Notes: generated by a model not told the origin, from the sequence alone. DNA of 64,000 nt from Clostridiales bacterium (GCA_015055815.1 SVHM01000003.1:53271-117270), one strand, 5' to 3'; positions 51,601 through 59,767 are shown, counted from the stretch's first letter. Numbers and translations are program-made.

Positions 51601-53414
51601 CAGTATTATCATTAAAGAATATAAGTACATATTCTGATAGATTTAATACAGATACAGAGAGTGGAAAAGTTTACTTCAACATTGATGGTAATGTTGCAGA
51701 CAATATAAGCATTATTCAAGGTGGAGCTAGCAACTACTTCTTCGTACAAGCAGTTGGTGATACTGATGAATTTAATTCAATTCATTATCTAAATAGCTCA
51801 TACTGTGAGCCAAAAGTTATAGATAGTCCAGTAGCACCTTCAAACATTAAAGTTGCTAATGGTAAAGTAACTTGGGCAGTTAATACTACTAATACATACA
51901 ATGTAGGTGTAGTACTTACATATAAAGTAAATGATGTTGAAACATTAGATGGTTACTGGAATAACACAATTACAAACGTTCCATATTCAAATATCCAAAA
52001 GAGAGTTATCAGTCGTGATGCAAGTACAAATATTGCTACAATTACCGATTATGTATTATTAAAATCAAGCGATACTGAATATAACGGCAAAACTCCTACA
52101 TGGTATAAATTAACCAATATCGCAACATATACATCAATTTCATTATTTACAATTGCTTCAGAAGAAATTGAAATTGCAAACGGTCAAGTAGAAGTAACAG
52201 ACTTTATGTCAGCGGTAGTTTACTACAACGAAAATAACACTCCAAAACAATATGTATTCAGCATGTTTGCAAGTGGTGATGGTACAGTAGAAACTCCATA
52301 CATTATAGGCAAGAGCGAAGATTTAAAGAATATTACTTACTTTACAGAGAGAAACTTCAAACTTGATGTAAATTCAAAAGTTATAGAAGTAAATGCATGG
52401 TCAACAATCATGGGAACATTAACAGGTACTATTGATGGAAATGACCATACTATAAAAGGCTTCAGTGTAAACATTTCTTCAAATTCAGCCGGACAAATAA
52501 TGACAAGCTTTATTGAAAATAACAATGGTACAATCAAAAACTTAACAATTGAAGTTACTGGTAGTGCTTTACTTGGTCAAAATGGTAATATGAATGTATC
52601 TATTGTTGCAAATAACAACATGTCAAACGGTGTAATTGATAACGTAGATGTTGTAGGAAAATCAACATACTTCCTAAGGGGTGAAGATACAGGATATAAT
52701 GTATATATCAACACTCATGGAAACAAAACATATGGTATTGTTGTTGGTGGACTTGTTGTAAATAATGCAGGTACAATTACAAATTCTAATGTTGACCTAG
52801 ATATCTATGCAGTAGGTACAGAAGATTGTGTAATTACTACTGGTGGTATTGCTAATGTTTCTTCAAATGGAACTATTACATCAAGTACATACACTGGTAA
52901 TATTACAAGTAACTATATTGGTGGACTTGTATATTCAGCAACAAATACAACTATTACAGATTGTACAGTTGGTGGTGATGGTACACCATCTCAATTAACA
53001 TCAATTACTCATGATAATGGGGCTTTCCATAAACATTCAATTGTTGGTGGCTTAGTTGGTCAGTATCTATCAACTTCAACAAAGACAATTTCTAATAGTA
53101 ATGTATATGTAAATATCACTCTTGATGTTAAGGCATCTGCTGGAAGATATGAACTAGGTGGCGTAATTGCTGTTATCGATAAAGACTCAAGTGCTAATGT
53201 ACAACTTTCAGGTGTAGAAGTAGAAGTTGCATTCGATAGTGAAATGTCAGGTCTAGCTGAAAGCGTAACAAGTGCTATTTGGAATAATACATTTGCTTAC
53301 TTATTCACTCCATCAAATAGATTTGTAAGTTGCGTTGGATGTACATACAAAAATAACACAACAAGCACATTCAGTATTCAAAATTACATTCCAAGCGGAG
53401 TGTTTGAAAACTAA
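42621..53414 (+). CDS. Giant (~3,600-aa) surface lipoprotein: Big-like N-domain, many FN3-like modules, acidic inserts and a C-terminal GLUG-type beta-helix
   Basis: RBS AGGTGA before ATG 42621; lipobox FVSA-CSC. Recurrent (K/R)L..P ... (L/I)xW..V..A..Y modules. C-terminal SGDGTVETPYII, TIDGNDHTI and GGLV/GGIA/GGLVG motifs. No LPXTG or C-terminal TM. Confidence 0.85.
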   Translation: MKKVKTLLMSLLILTATAFVSACSCSSSGDPNAPVVPEKEITISCEEYTGSNVNVIYDPVSKELDIKCNSGDTLYIQYLLSPEDATTTTVNWDVSDTSVISCDTYTYSKTISEKVEFVAGQKGSATITFSTASNKTAVAHVEVAAKIANLPSFSKIDVEDISYNSTNGRLTWKEPSTMITALGEVKDITEEARAGLLHYEVTILNLEDNSTSKINVGAGIRYVDNFVKGARYAVSVKPIGNRYTANDGENSDDFKFCQLEAVSELAVVNGAVSFTTSKHSSEHRIFPDYDPQKSNNIYESRHIEAGVKYSNFNYTNFKNFNGSVYNIAVQSFPAYYDASLNYGKILNSGVEEEGMRCYPSNVSEVKRILKLVEPELSITNLQGVVDIKSDNGTFSTSSIATQHSVLNIDSGKEEGSLSGLGVEYHIIVRKTSSDNSGEIVYSSAVNLDTKTLHLNNLWSKATKNSYQFTIFVQKMGDQDKTIPSTSSQYKINVPVLNDESWTIDGSILRVPCTTNYAQLELYLKNTADNSISIVKQTKPSDTADVTYDLSAMGIRPGNYKLYGKYVGSNQNSGSITSDVFSYGENTVLYFPKSIDTFTKKSNGDFSITVPTVTNEHGDEVYAIDDNALIELRLTSGTDTKLNVILYNGDDTTDYSSFIGSDGISTTVIYPYTRAYTTVGVDKVYENKITFNFFDMLKHVYNNDNVAVNSFFAEADGGYKEFKYSFSVKGYSSDAKVVGINSAYTPEQTLVRLGMPNAVTIENDELTFEAIPNATYYPIEVTVGSKVYTGTIVPKYKPGTENKIIAKPLSDISVKDGDGESQLLSEVLGNLSVDRVNIKFRSQGNFSNTALWLDGGTNSITYDAKYITSSLSSVSTSMTLDGVFTWSTPTTLTGEYVAPQDPDDNGGDEGAETQDEEESDPPATTPNIVILETNVKYKVFVNKGDTNIHTKTLIPVIVSIDSEGKASDYVINDADKLEILKTLQDGQCALLPKGAFGNNTGADMLFANLYTWIKGNTNVLNVVVKEVNSNKFTATGTNPYYVSTLQSVIITKTTVGDENKIVWNAVADASGYDIFVGDTFQNSTTDTSLNVSTYASSVGTYLITVKAKADNTGSDVGKLSTKPFVMYGEDGEDNIAIIRVVSEKIKVTANDDYIEWNNICSQGTKYTVKIGSKIIYIGSVNKDGIATPCATEGERQLVTTTGLIRLDLSSYVNDLVVGYDNVSVSGTTTKEGKTTVVVEPTIDFASTGYILNGTTYTENKVRKLNAPTVDPSSVTDSGRLKVTVDDDTENLYIEVNGNDISGLFSIEKSGSVRYITFETDIDGSMTISIKAIKKGTLSSDALVLEGINDIGSASINVTLGDGETLAVIVDGGILTEGYTLTAVTQDPENPVDYTHTLTFEEGVLAVATSLEIQAVNSSDPTHPTTLKSYHGVTKLSTVEDFERVIKDDTPWFEWSAVTGVTSYEIEAWNVVREPVEDDTENDENTEEGGGEGSGENGNGEGNGGTASITEETEPGNEGESGSGEEELPELPQTEKEERKTITLNVSDVGSAKFKYENGKYYYAFDEEELGVSAGSGDYKFRIKPTTTTNYYLNGSYSSANQITKLNNVVTVSYKDGMISVSGYEANGTETPVKIKYTVSPYKVVEKSVTTGSGEDAVTTTTNEVEYDTANIKSDVVDYADLVTLDLMKLNNLFTLPTYDYYSFEVQIVFIGDGESSINSNICIPTENELNLNGYPVSRLGVTSLSTVNGVVAIKDIADATSYTLEINGVEVDVPVTAGTKSTEWTSSVTGMTAYTDYAFNTNTKYTLRVRAHGDVLSGAWSEPFDVYKLEAPIGYDEKGIYIYEDAGIPYVTWKDGNAYGTDYKYKILYTQSDDEVTFTPVENIKAITTSKGSIAHPLSTNIATGVYYLLFRTNGTTSGTNTVGFLNSEYVNGTKVNYISETSSLAISNGELTWKGVDGARYYKVTIEGCEPIITSDTRLSVLDFPDITGTKTITVNSIVSPATAIISTYTVDEEEAPNTMKVYRPKAPSDVKVLNGELSWTVSLSDVVEFALANPSVLNPSTGGGNEENGGEQQGASIMADTSDNNVTLIDYIVNVVNGNNNSTADEDFKSSISHLINVTLKLTDRTIEVVADRAEVIDSSGTPVKITEVSDALELLALLGNGKIRYYYNVVSENINPHLPSANSQIQEEGDDLGGDTGDGSDTDTGDGSDSDSTQEEVIEFKSGHYKVQISARGNSFIKGKDTTTPDEGTVETSSVNNSVAILSSKFTSIMEVYKPVSPVTDTQIKDNLKYDMDNGIISWSLVRNGVLESGQTEEGYHTEYVLEVYNDSTKDGIKATITLGDGNSIQPTQGLVVDNNWAKIHILDVFTVDSLKNLSGNSSKTIVFSDTEYKVRVYAKGTVDSETATGQLYLNSDKRDFIDFISILDKPTEIEMELNNVRWAIPNTSVYTLGKIYSLGNNLGETDTDATQWADTWTDWTGLTETEQQEKLIFQKDFRTDTKDRRINEYTLTDKEYYDEVENVNVKYPAGKYAFTFQEMGNEKGVVDSLVSDYYYYYKLDATEKVELVKSGNYKGMFAWKSVPFANAYYVQLYRVSVNENPQEGEDDTITTRIYTRMTTQSFTQGEDTYYYYDLPDFKYDSADKFFIAVQACRVKNTAEDHINTDIYVENTPANDNSKYYLESGWFMGDTKISASYARINPIEVLTIARNGSISWDKVDTAGSYNVKYGDTREVTIATTNNPNTTIQSDGGNISIQVKSIVPTGNENDLLNSRYSDKINVIKLYDPVPRIIGENGNPSANDGNLTWMYNNQPGTSAEYYSEVIIDGDITIKRDTAIIDDEPRVFDINLDTLTLYYYTDLEKVFAPKVEEEIPSVEEDEENTEETTNIKDLIESYSYAEEIEKYPEGNHTFDISYIGALERVSLNENTTSSFFISSNSEHFEAIKLPAPNDVAFAKLEFGGNIANRLSWTKVPYANDYNIYRIAVTTSAEQVTSYTVLSLKNISTYSDRFNTDTESGKVYFNIDGNVADNISIIQGGASNYFFVQAVGDTDEFNSIHYLNSSYCEPKVIDSPVAPSNIKVANGKVTWAVNTTNTYNVGVVLTYKVNDVETLDGYWNNTITNVPYSNIQKRVISRDASTNIATITDYVLLKSSDTEYNGKTPTWYKLTNIATYTSISLFTIASEEIEIANGQVEVTDFMSAVVYYNENNTPKQYVFSMFASGDGTVETPYIIGKSEDLKNITYFTERNFKLDVNSKVIEVNAWSTIMGTLTGTIDGNDHTIKGFSVNISSNSAGQIMTSFIENNNGTIKNLTIEVTGSALLGQNGNMNVSIVANNNMSNGVIDNVDVVGKSTYFLRGEDTGYNVYINTHGNKTYGIVVGGLVVNNAGTITNSNVDLDIYAVGTEDCVITTGGIANVSSNGTITSSTYTGNITSNYIGGLVYSATNTTITDCTVGGDGTPSQLTSITHDNGAFHKHSIVGGLVGQYLSTSTKTISNSNVYVNITLDVKASAGRYELGGVIAVIDKDSSANVQLSGVEVEVAFDSEMSGLAESVTSAIWNNTFAYLFTPSNRFVSCVGCTYKNNTTSTFSIQNYIPSGVFEN

Positions 53415-53425
53415 AATTATTATAT

Positions 53426-53452
53426 CGTTGCATGGGGCTGACCCATGCAACG
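53426..53452. promoter_or_regulatory. Perfect 11-bp hairpin without a U-tract between the giant gene and sipW
   Basis: CGTTGCATGGG-GCTGA-CCCATGCAACG followed by GGATAATA. Confidence 0.55.
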
Positions 53453-53630
53453 GGATAATACATATACGATTTTAAAAAAATGAAAAATGAAAATATCTAA
53501 ATGAAAAATGGAAAAACACTTTTGTTAAATGCTACATTAATTACAAAAAAATAGTGACGGAGAACAAAATATGTGGCTATTTGTAATAATTACACTTTAT
53601 TACATTTTTATGAAATAAAAAGGAAAACTT

Positions 53631-54227
53631 ATGAAATTTTATAGACTAGAGAAAAGAAATCATGTTTTAGAATGGACATTTACTGCACTAAAGGCATTTG
53701 GACTAAGTTTACTTTTCACAGTTGTACTTATGCTTGTTTGCGGGTATAAGTTTATGATTGTAACTTCAGGCTCTATGGAACCTACTTTGCCTGTTGGAAG
53801 TTTGGTAATTGTCACTCCATGTGATTATGATGATTTAGAGTATAGAGACATTGTTACATTTACCGGTGAGTCGGGTGTAAACTTTACCCACAGAATTGTT
53901 GGTAAATCAAATTCAAAAAACCATGATGACCCAATTCTTCCAGGAGAAGAAGGTTTTGATGAAGCATATAGCTGGGTAACACGTGGAGACTATGATGGTG
54001 CAAAAGTAGACTCAGGATATGTAAAAAGCAAAGAAATTGTTGGAAAAATCTACGAAAGTCATTGTTTTACATTCACAGGAACTATTGTTAGATATGTAAG
54101 AAGTAACTTTATGATGATTATTATATTTATGTTTATCTTAGTTGCAGTAGTAGAACTTGTGAATTTCTTAAAAAGACAATTAGAAGAAGATGATGTAGAG
54201 TGTTACGAAACAGATGATGAGGAGTAA
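53631..54227 (+). CDS. sipW: Signal peptidase I, SipW/ER-type (S26B)
   Basis: TM helix, VTSGSMEPTLPVGSLV (Ser), FTHRIV (His instead of Lys), TRGD...D and a C-terminal TM helix. Confidence 0.92.
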   Translation: MKFYRLEKRNHVLEWTFTALKAFGLSLLFTVVLMLVCGYKFMIVTSGSMEPTLPVGSLVIVTPCDYDDLEYRDIVTFTGESGVNFTHRIVGKSNSKNHDDPILPGEEGFDEAYSWVTRGDYDGAKVDSGYVKSKEIVGKIYESHCFTFTGTIVRYVRSNFMMIIIFMFILVAVVELVNFLKRQLEEDDVECYETDDEE

Positions 54228-54230
54228 GAA

Positions 54231-54998
54231 ATGACAAAAGTGAAGAATAGATATCAAATATCTTTTCTAATAGTACTAATTTCAGTAGTACTAAGCTTTT
54301 GTGTATTTATCGGCACTATTACAGCATGGCTTATGGTCGATTATGAAGAACATTCAGAAGGCTTGGAAATAGGCACAGTTCAAGTTAAACTTTATAATGG
54401 CGGAACGGAAGTTCAAGGTACAAAAGTTGGAAATAATGGTGAAGTTGTTTCAACTCATGCTACAATGACAATTCCAACAAATTCCACAAGTGCCAGCCAA
54501 ATGTTAATATCAATGAGAAATACAGGAACAATCGATTGTATAGTGAGAGTACAGTTTAACGTATATTATCTAGAAAATGACGGTAATAGAGTTACTGTAT
54601 TTATGTCGGGAGCTTCATCAATTGACCCAAGTTATCCGGCAATATCTATGACAACTACCGATTGGGTAAGAGATTTGCTTCCTGGAGTTTCTGCGGGAGA
54701 ATTGTATTATAATAAACAATTAAAACCATATTATGCTTGGTCTTTAGATAGTAATAATGACGGTCAAAATGAAACATCTCCACAAGCAAGCAATCAAGTG
54801 GCTATTATTAGCGGTATTAATATAGGAAGTATAACAGAACAATTATATATAGATATTACAGTTGATGCAGTTGCATTTAGCGGAAATATTTATAAAAAAG
54901 CTCAAGCTGGAGAAAGTGTTCCGGTTGAAGCATATCCGTTTGGAACCCCCGATACTTTGCCAGAAGATTGGGATGCATGGAAAGCGAAAAAGGAGTAG
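54231..54998 (+). CDS. SipW-class substrate, TasA/BsaA-like fibre subunit 1
   Basis: Basic N-region, hydrophobic helix, GTITA-WL cleavage-type motif, RNTGTIDCIVRV, LYYNKQL and ITVDAVA. Confidence 0.75.
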   Translation: MTKVKNRYQISFLIVLISVVLSFCVFIGTITAWLMVDYEEHSEGLEIGTVQVKLYNGGTEVQGTKVGNNGEVVSTHATMTIPTNSTSASQMLISMRNTGTIDCIVRVQFNVYYLENDGNRVTVFMSGASSIDPSYPAISMTTTDWVRDLLPGVSAGELYYNKQLKPYYAWSLDSNNDGQNETSPQASNQVAIISGINIGSITEQLYIDITVDAVAFSGNIYKKAQAGESVPVEAYPFGTPDTLPEDWDAWKAKKE

Positions 54999-55001
54999 TA
55001 T

Positions 55002-55625
55002 ATGTTGAATAATAAGCAAAAGAAGAAAGGAAGGTGGTATCACGTAGCTGGTATACTTCTTTTGTGCTTTGCTATTATTTATTTGACGTATACTTCAACT
55101 TATTCTTGGTTTAGAGATAAATCAACAACAAGTAATAAGCCCGATATAGCAATAATCGGTACTATTGCACTTGATGTAACAACCAACTTTAATTTTGAAA
55201 ACTTAGCTTTAGCTCCTGATACAACATATACAGGAACTGGCTTTGAAACTAAAGTCAAAACAGCACCAGACCACGATATAAATGGTGCATTTGTAAGAAT
55301 TAAATTTACAACAAATAGAAGTGAGATATCACTACACTTTAATAATCAACTGACAACTTCAACTGATGTTGCAACAGCTGAAAATAAATGGTTTTATAAT
55401 GAAACCGATAATTATTACTATTATATAGGTAGAATTTACGATACCGATGTTCAGTTTAATGATGGGTACTCGGTAGACAATACTTTACATAATAAAAAAG
55501 CTGGTGCAAAAGTAGAAATGTCATTCATAGTAGAAGGACTTCAATGGCAATATGATGCATATTTGGCAGAATGGCAAACTGCTCCAGCAGTATTTAAATC
55601 ATATGCTCAATCGGTACAAATTTAA
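55002..55625 (+). CDS. SipW-class substrate, TasA/BsaA-like fibre subunit 2
   Basis: STYS-WFRD....N....G.I.L, AFVRIKF, W...DNYYYYIG and IVEGLQ. Confidence 0.8.
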   Translation: MLNNKQKKKGRWYHVAGILLLCFAIIYLTYTSTYSWFRDKSTTSNKPDIAIIGTIALDVTTNFNFENLALAPDTTYTGTGFETKVKTAPDHDINGAFVRIKFTTNRSEISLHFNNQLTTSTDVATAENKWFYNETDNYYYYIGRIYDTDVQFNDGYSVDNTLHNKKAGAKVEMSFIVEGLQWQYDAYLAEWQTAPAVFKSYAQSVQI

Positions 55626-55652
55626 GTGTAAGAAAAATATTTAGGAGATATT

Positions 55653-56399
55653 ATGGCGACTCAAAGTGAAATGAAAAAGCGAATACAAGTACAAAATATG
55701 ATAATTGTAGCCCTTGCTATAATCATATTTGTTTTGGTTGCAGTATCTGGTACGGCTGCTTGGTATATAAGAAGTAAATCAGATACCACTGAAATCAGAC
55801 TTTCTGACCCAGTAAATATTGAAATCACCGAAAACGGCTCAATAACGACAGATATTCTGAAAGAATTTAGCGTGAACGTTTACCCGGGAGATACAATAGG
55901 ACTAAATCTTGGTGTTAAGATGGGTAAAGCGGGTACTCCTAGTTCTCCAGCATATGTAAGAGTAAAATTAGAGATTTTCTTTGAAAATCAAGAAGGCGTT
56001 TATTCTCAACTTGAAGATGTTGCCGATTCAGATAAAGTTAGATACAAAGATACTCCCGATGGAAGTGTTTGGGAAAAAGTAAATTTTGCACAATTTGCAC
56101 AAGCAGAAAATGAAGATATAGAAGATGACTATTGGTTTGTACTTAAAGATTATGATGAATTGGGACACATGACCGCAAGGGTTGCTACCAATCAAGAAGA
56201 TTATTTGTTCTTAGATGGGTTTATTGAACTTGATAAACACAATTTAACAAATAACGAAGCACTATGTAAATTCCATATAAATTATGTAGTTGAAGCAATC
56301 CAGAAAGAAAACGTTCCTGACCCACTAGCAAATCCGGGCTTTGGTCCATGGTGGGATTTCCAACTTGGTGATATTGAAGATATAGAAGGACAAGAATAA
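55653..56399 (+). CDS. SipW-class substrate, TasA/BsaA-like fibre subunit 3
   Basis: SGTAA-WY, VYPGDTI, AYVRVKL and VVEAIQ. Confidence 0.75.
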   Translation: MATQSEMKKRIQVQNMIIVALAIIIFVLVAVSGTAAWYIRSKSDTTEIRLSDPVNIEITENGSITTDILKEFSVNVYPGDTIGLNLGVKMGKAGTPSSPAYVRVKLEIFFENQEGVYSQLEDVADSDKVRYKDTPDGSVWEKVNFAQFAQAENEDIEDDYWFVLKDYDELGHMTARVATNQEDYLFLDGFIELDKHNLTNNEALCKFHINYVVEAIQKENVPDPLANPGFGPWWDFQLGDIEDIEGQE

Positions 56400-56433
56400 T
56401 TTTAAAAAATAATTTTATAAAAAGGGGGGTAAT

Positions 56434-57303
56434 ATGGCTGAACAAGATAATAAAAAAGATAATGTGAATAATGAAAAAAGGCCTAAGCCCCAAAAAATTA
56501 TTAACGTTACAAAGCCAAAACAATCGTCAACTCCACTTAGTCATATTGACGCAACAAAGGTAAGTTCTCATACATTAAGAGAGCAACACGCACTTGAAAA
56601 ATTGAAAAAACAAGTGGGTGGAGTAAAAACAAAAGACAGAAACTCATCTCTTCTAAAAACAATAATAGCAATAGTGCTTGCAATAATACTTTTGGCACTT
56701 GCCGTATTGTTTGTATTAATAATTGGTAGAGATAAACCAACTGAAGAAGATAACTATGATGTTAGAGTAAGTTTGCAGATTGAAAATGACGCAAGTTTAA
56801 GAATTGTAACAGAAAGTGGAAAAGAAAAATTTAAAGATATTGACCCCGGTGATGTTGTTCCCGTAAGTGCATTTGTAAGAAACTCAGATGATTATAGCGG
56901 AGATAATGTTCAAGAAATTGGCGAGTCGTCGGCAATATTTGTTAGATTTAAAGTACAATTTGTACTTAATTATAAAGTCGCTAATGAAAAAATCAAAATC
57001 AAAGTTAGTGATAAATGGTATAGATATAATAAAGATAGTGAATTAGAATTTGGTCAAGAAGGAATACTTGAAGATGATGGATACTATTATTATTTAGGAA
57101 GTCTGTCATTTATGCAAAGGGCAGAACTATTCTCCGAAATAGAATTTGTTGGAGAAGAAATATTCTGTGAAGATGGTGGGCATTATGGTCAGATAAAAGT
57201 ATCTGTTGAAAGTATTCATGCAAGCCTTGATTTAATTGAAGGTGAAAATGCTTGGCCAACAGCCCCAAGAAATTGGATATTGATGCAAAGAAATTATTTT
57301 TAA
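56434..57303 (+). CDS. Paralogue of subunits 1-3 with a long N-terminal tail and TM helix but no AW(F/Y) cleavage motif (putative anchor)
   Basis: ~70-aa charged N-tail and a TM helix, then IDPGDVV, IFVRFKV, DGYYYYLGSL and VSVESIH. Confidence 0.7.
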   Translation: MAEQDNKKDNVNNEKRPKPQKIINVTKPKQSSTPLSHIDATKVSSHTLREQHALEKLKKQVGGVKTKDRNSSLLKTIIAIVLAIILLALAVLFVLIIGRDKPTEEDNYDVRVSLQIENDASLRIVTESGKEKFKDIDPGDVVPVSAFVRNSDDYSGDNVQEIGESSAIFVRFKVQFVLNYKVANEKIKIKVSDKWYRYNKDSELEFGQEGILEDDGYYYYLGSLSFMQRAELFSEIEFVGEEIFCEDGGHYGQIKVSVESIHASLDLIEGENAWPTAPRNWILMQRNYF

Positions 57304-57316
57304 AAAGGAGAAAGCT

Positions 57317-59767
57317 ATGACAAAAATTACCATGAAAAAATTCCTAGCCATTTTTGTTATGGCTTTTTCTTGTTTCTTTACCGGTTGTACATGCGATTTG
57401 CTCAGCCCAACAACTACTCTTTCAGCCCCAGAAATTAAATATTATTCAGATAGTAATGCAATATCATGGAAGACAGTTCCTAATGCTACTATGTATAATA
57501 TTTATTGTGATGACAAAATTATTGCAGTTGTTCATGACGTGTATGAAGAAGATTGTTTGATTTACGATTTAAGCAGTGTGATTAATGACAAAGAAAATCA
57601 TGAGATAAAAGTTACTGCTTCTTCAGATATGAAGTTTGTATCAGATAGCGTTGGAAGTAATATTGTATCACATGTAAATAATTCTGTTGCTGAAATATAT
57701 GATTTAGATGAATATGAATATAGGTTAAATGCAGATGTTGAGTTTAAATTAAAAGGCACTGAAGTTTCGTATGTACCTGTTGAAGGTATAGATAAATATT
57801 ATTTGTTCGCATATACAAATTCAAATGGTCTTAAAATTATCGAGTGTGTAGGTCAAACAATAAGTCTTAAATCTACAAGTTTAATGCTTGATGGAAGTGA
57901 TGATATTGTTGCACTTAGACTTGGGTATAAAGAAGATGATAAATACTATTTCTTATCAAACATAGTATATTATAATAGTGTCAATTATAATGGATATACT
58001 GACAATATCTATATATTTGATGGCAAGATTAATGACCATTATATAGAAAGTTTACAAGAATTAAATAGTGTAGTTTATAATAATTTTATAGCAAGAATAG
58101 AAGAGTATAATATTAAATTTAGTACTGGCATGGAAGAGTTAATAAAAGAAAGCTTCGATGGAAGTACATTAAAAGATAAAGTAGATAATGCTATGTATTA
58201 TTCTCTAACAAACATGTTTGAGACGAGTGAGAATAGGGCAGATAATACTAGTGGGACATTTGCTATTCCGTTAAATGGTGAAAGAGAATATAATATCAAA
58301 ATTGACTATGGTGATGGTGTTTGTAATACAAATATTCTTCCTACAATGTTAAGAGAACAAGCTGACGCAACACCATATTATGAGATGGTAGATTACACAA
58401 TGCGAAGCGTTAAGTATGGAATTGATTATGATAATTTTCCATCTGACAAAAGAGTTTTGCATACACTTATAAATAACTCTGAGCAGTTGTATTGGGCGGT
58501 TGAAAATAAAGTTACGCCAGTCTTTGAAAATACTCAAGATGGCAATAATAGAGCATATGAAATATACAAAGAAGCAAAAAGCGTTCTTAATCAAATTATA
58601 TCAGATGATATGACCGATTATGAAAAAGCCTTAAGTATATTTGATTGGATATGTTTAAATACCGTTTATGACCATAGTGTGTATGAAGGAAATATTACAA
58701 GCCACCCATGTTATTACCTTGAAGGCGTATTTACTACTGGCTATGCAGTTTGTGATGGTTATTCAAAAGCATATAGCCTAATGTGTAATATGTTAGGCAT
58801 TGAATGTATAAGGATTACAGGCGAAGCGGTTACAGATAGTGGCCGTGGTGGTCATGCTTGGAATAAAATTCTTGTTGATACAGATAATAATCTTGAAAAT
58901 GGTAAAGAATGTTATTTAATAGATATTACATGGACAGAAATTCAAGAAAATAGTAGTGAGTATTTAAGTAAATCATACTTTATGATATCGGATAACGAAG
59001 TTGAAAGTACACACTTTCCTTTTGAGCAAAGAGTTGAATTTAAATTGTATCCGTCAACTAAAACATATAACTATTATGGAAGTACTAAATTTAACTATAA
59101 CGATGAAAGTTATGATTTAATAATTTCAAATGATGATGACGTATTGAATTTATTTGGTTACTTACTAGAGAGTGGTATCAAACATTATGAAGTTATAGTC
59201 GATTACGATTATATGGTTCAAGTTTATGAAAGTGCCACATCTAAAAAGTATAATAGTAGAACAGACTACAAAGTGAAAAAGTTTATGAATGGAACAGTTC
59301 AATCGGTAGTTTATTATAATGAACTTTTAGATAATCTTATCGATAAAATGAGTAAGATAAAAAATTCAGATGATATGCCACTTACTTGCCAATCATTTGA
59401 TGTTATAAGAAGTATTGATTTAGTTAAATATGGCGAAGGTAAAGAAGGGCTGGTGTTGCTCTTTGAGCAGTCGTTGCTTATTGATGATAATAATGATGCA
59501 GAAAACATAGTTAACTATTTTAACGAAACAAAAAATTACAACAGATATTTGCTATACATTGACCACAAAATTTTAAGTCCAAAAAGTAGTGATTATTTTA
59601 AAAGTGTCGAGACTTTACTTGGTGAATTGTTTGACCCATTACTAGACGGAAAAGATAACATTACATTTGTATTTCAAGTAGTTGATGCAAGCGTAAAATA
59701 TACTGCTCTTAACTATGCTTGTGTGCTTATATTTGATGTTGTTGAAAAAGTTGTAGAAGTATCGTAA
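57317..59767 (+). CDS. Lipoprotein with an N-terminal FN3-like module and a transglutaminase-like (Cys-His-Asp) domain
   Basis: RBS AAGGAG; lipobox FFTG-CTC. LSAP...ISWKTVPNATMYNI module. DYEKALSIFDWI, VCDGYSKAY, HAWN and IDITW. Confidence 0.88.
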   Translation: MTKITMKKFLAIFVMAFSCFFTGCTCDLLSPTTTLSAPEIKYYSDSNAISWKTVPNATMYNIYCDDKIIAVVHDVYEEDCLIYDLSSVINDKENHEIKVTASSDMKFVSDSVGSNIVSHVNNSVAEIYDLDEYEYRLNADVEFKLKGTEVSYVPVEGIDKYYLFAYTNSNGLKIIECVGQTISLKSTSLMLDGSDDIVALRLGYKEDDKYYFLSNIVYYNSVNYNGYTDNIYIFDGKINDHYIESLQELNSVVYNNFIARIEEYNIKFSTGMEELIKESFDGSTLKDKVDNAMYYSLTNMFETSENRADNTSGTFAIPLNGEREYNIKIDYGDGVCNTNILPTMLREQADATPYYEMVDYTMRSVKYGIDYDNFPSDKRVLHTLINNSEQLYWAVENKVTPVFENTQDGNNRAYEIYKEAKSVLNQIISDDMTDYEKALSIFDWICLNTVYDHSVYEGNITSHPCYYLEGVFTTGYAVCDGYSKAYSLMCNMLGIECIRITGEAVTDSGRGGHAWNKILVDTDNNLENGKECYLIDITWTEIQENSSEYLSKSYFMISDNEVESTHFPFEQRVEFKLYPSTKTYNYYGSTKFNYNDESYDLIISNDDDVLNLFGYLLESGIKHYEVIVDYDYMVQVYESATSKKYNSRTDYKVKKFMNGTVQSVVYYNELLDNLIDKMSKIKNSDDMPLTCQSFDVIRSIDLVKYGEGKEGLVLLFEQSLLIDDNNDAENIVNYFNETKNYNRYLLYIDHKILSPKSSDYFKSVETLLGELFDPLLDGKDNITFVFQVVDASVKYTALNYACVLIFDVVEKVVEVS

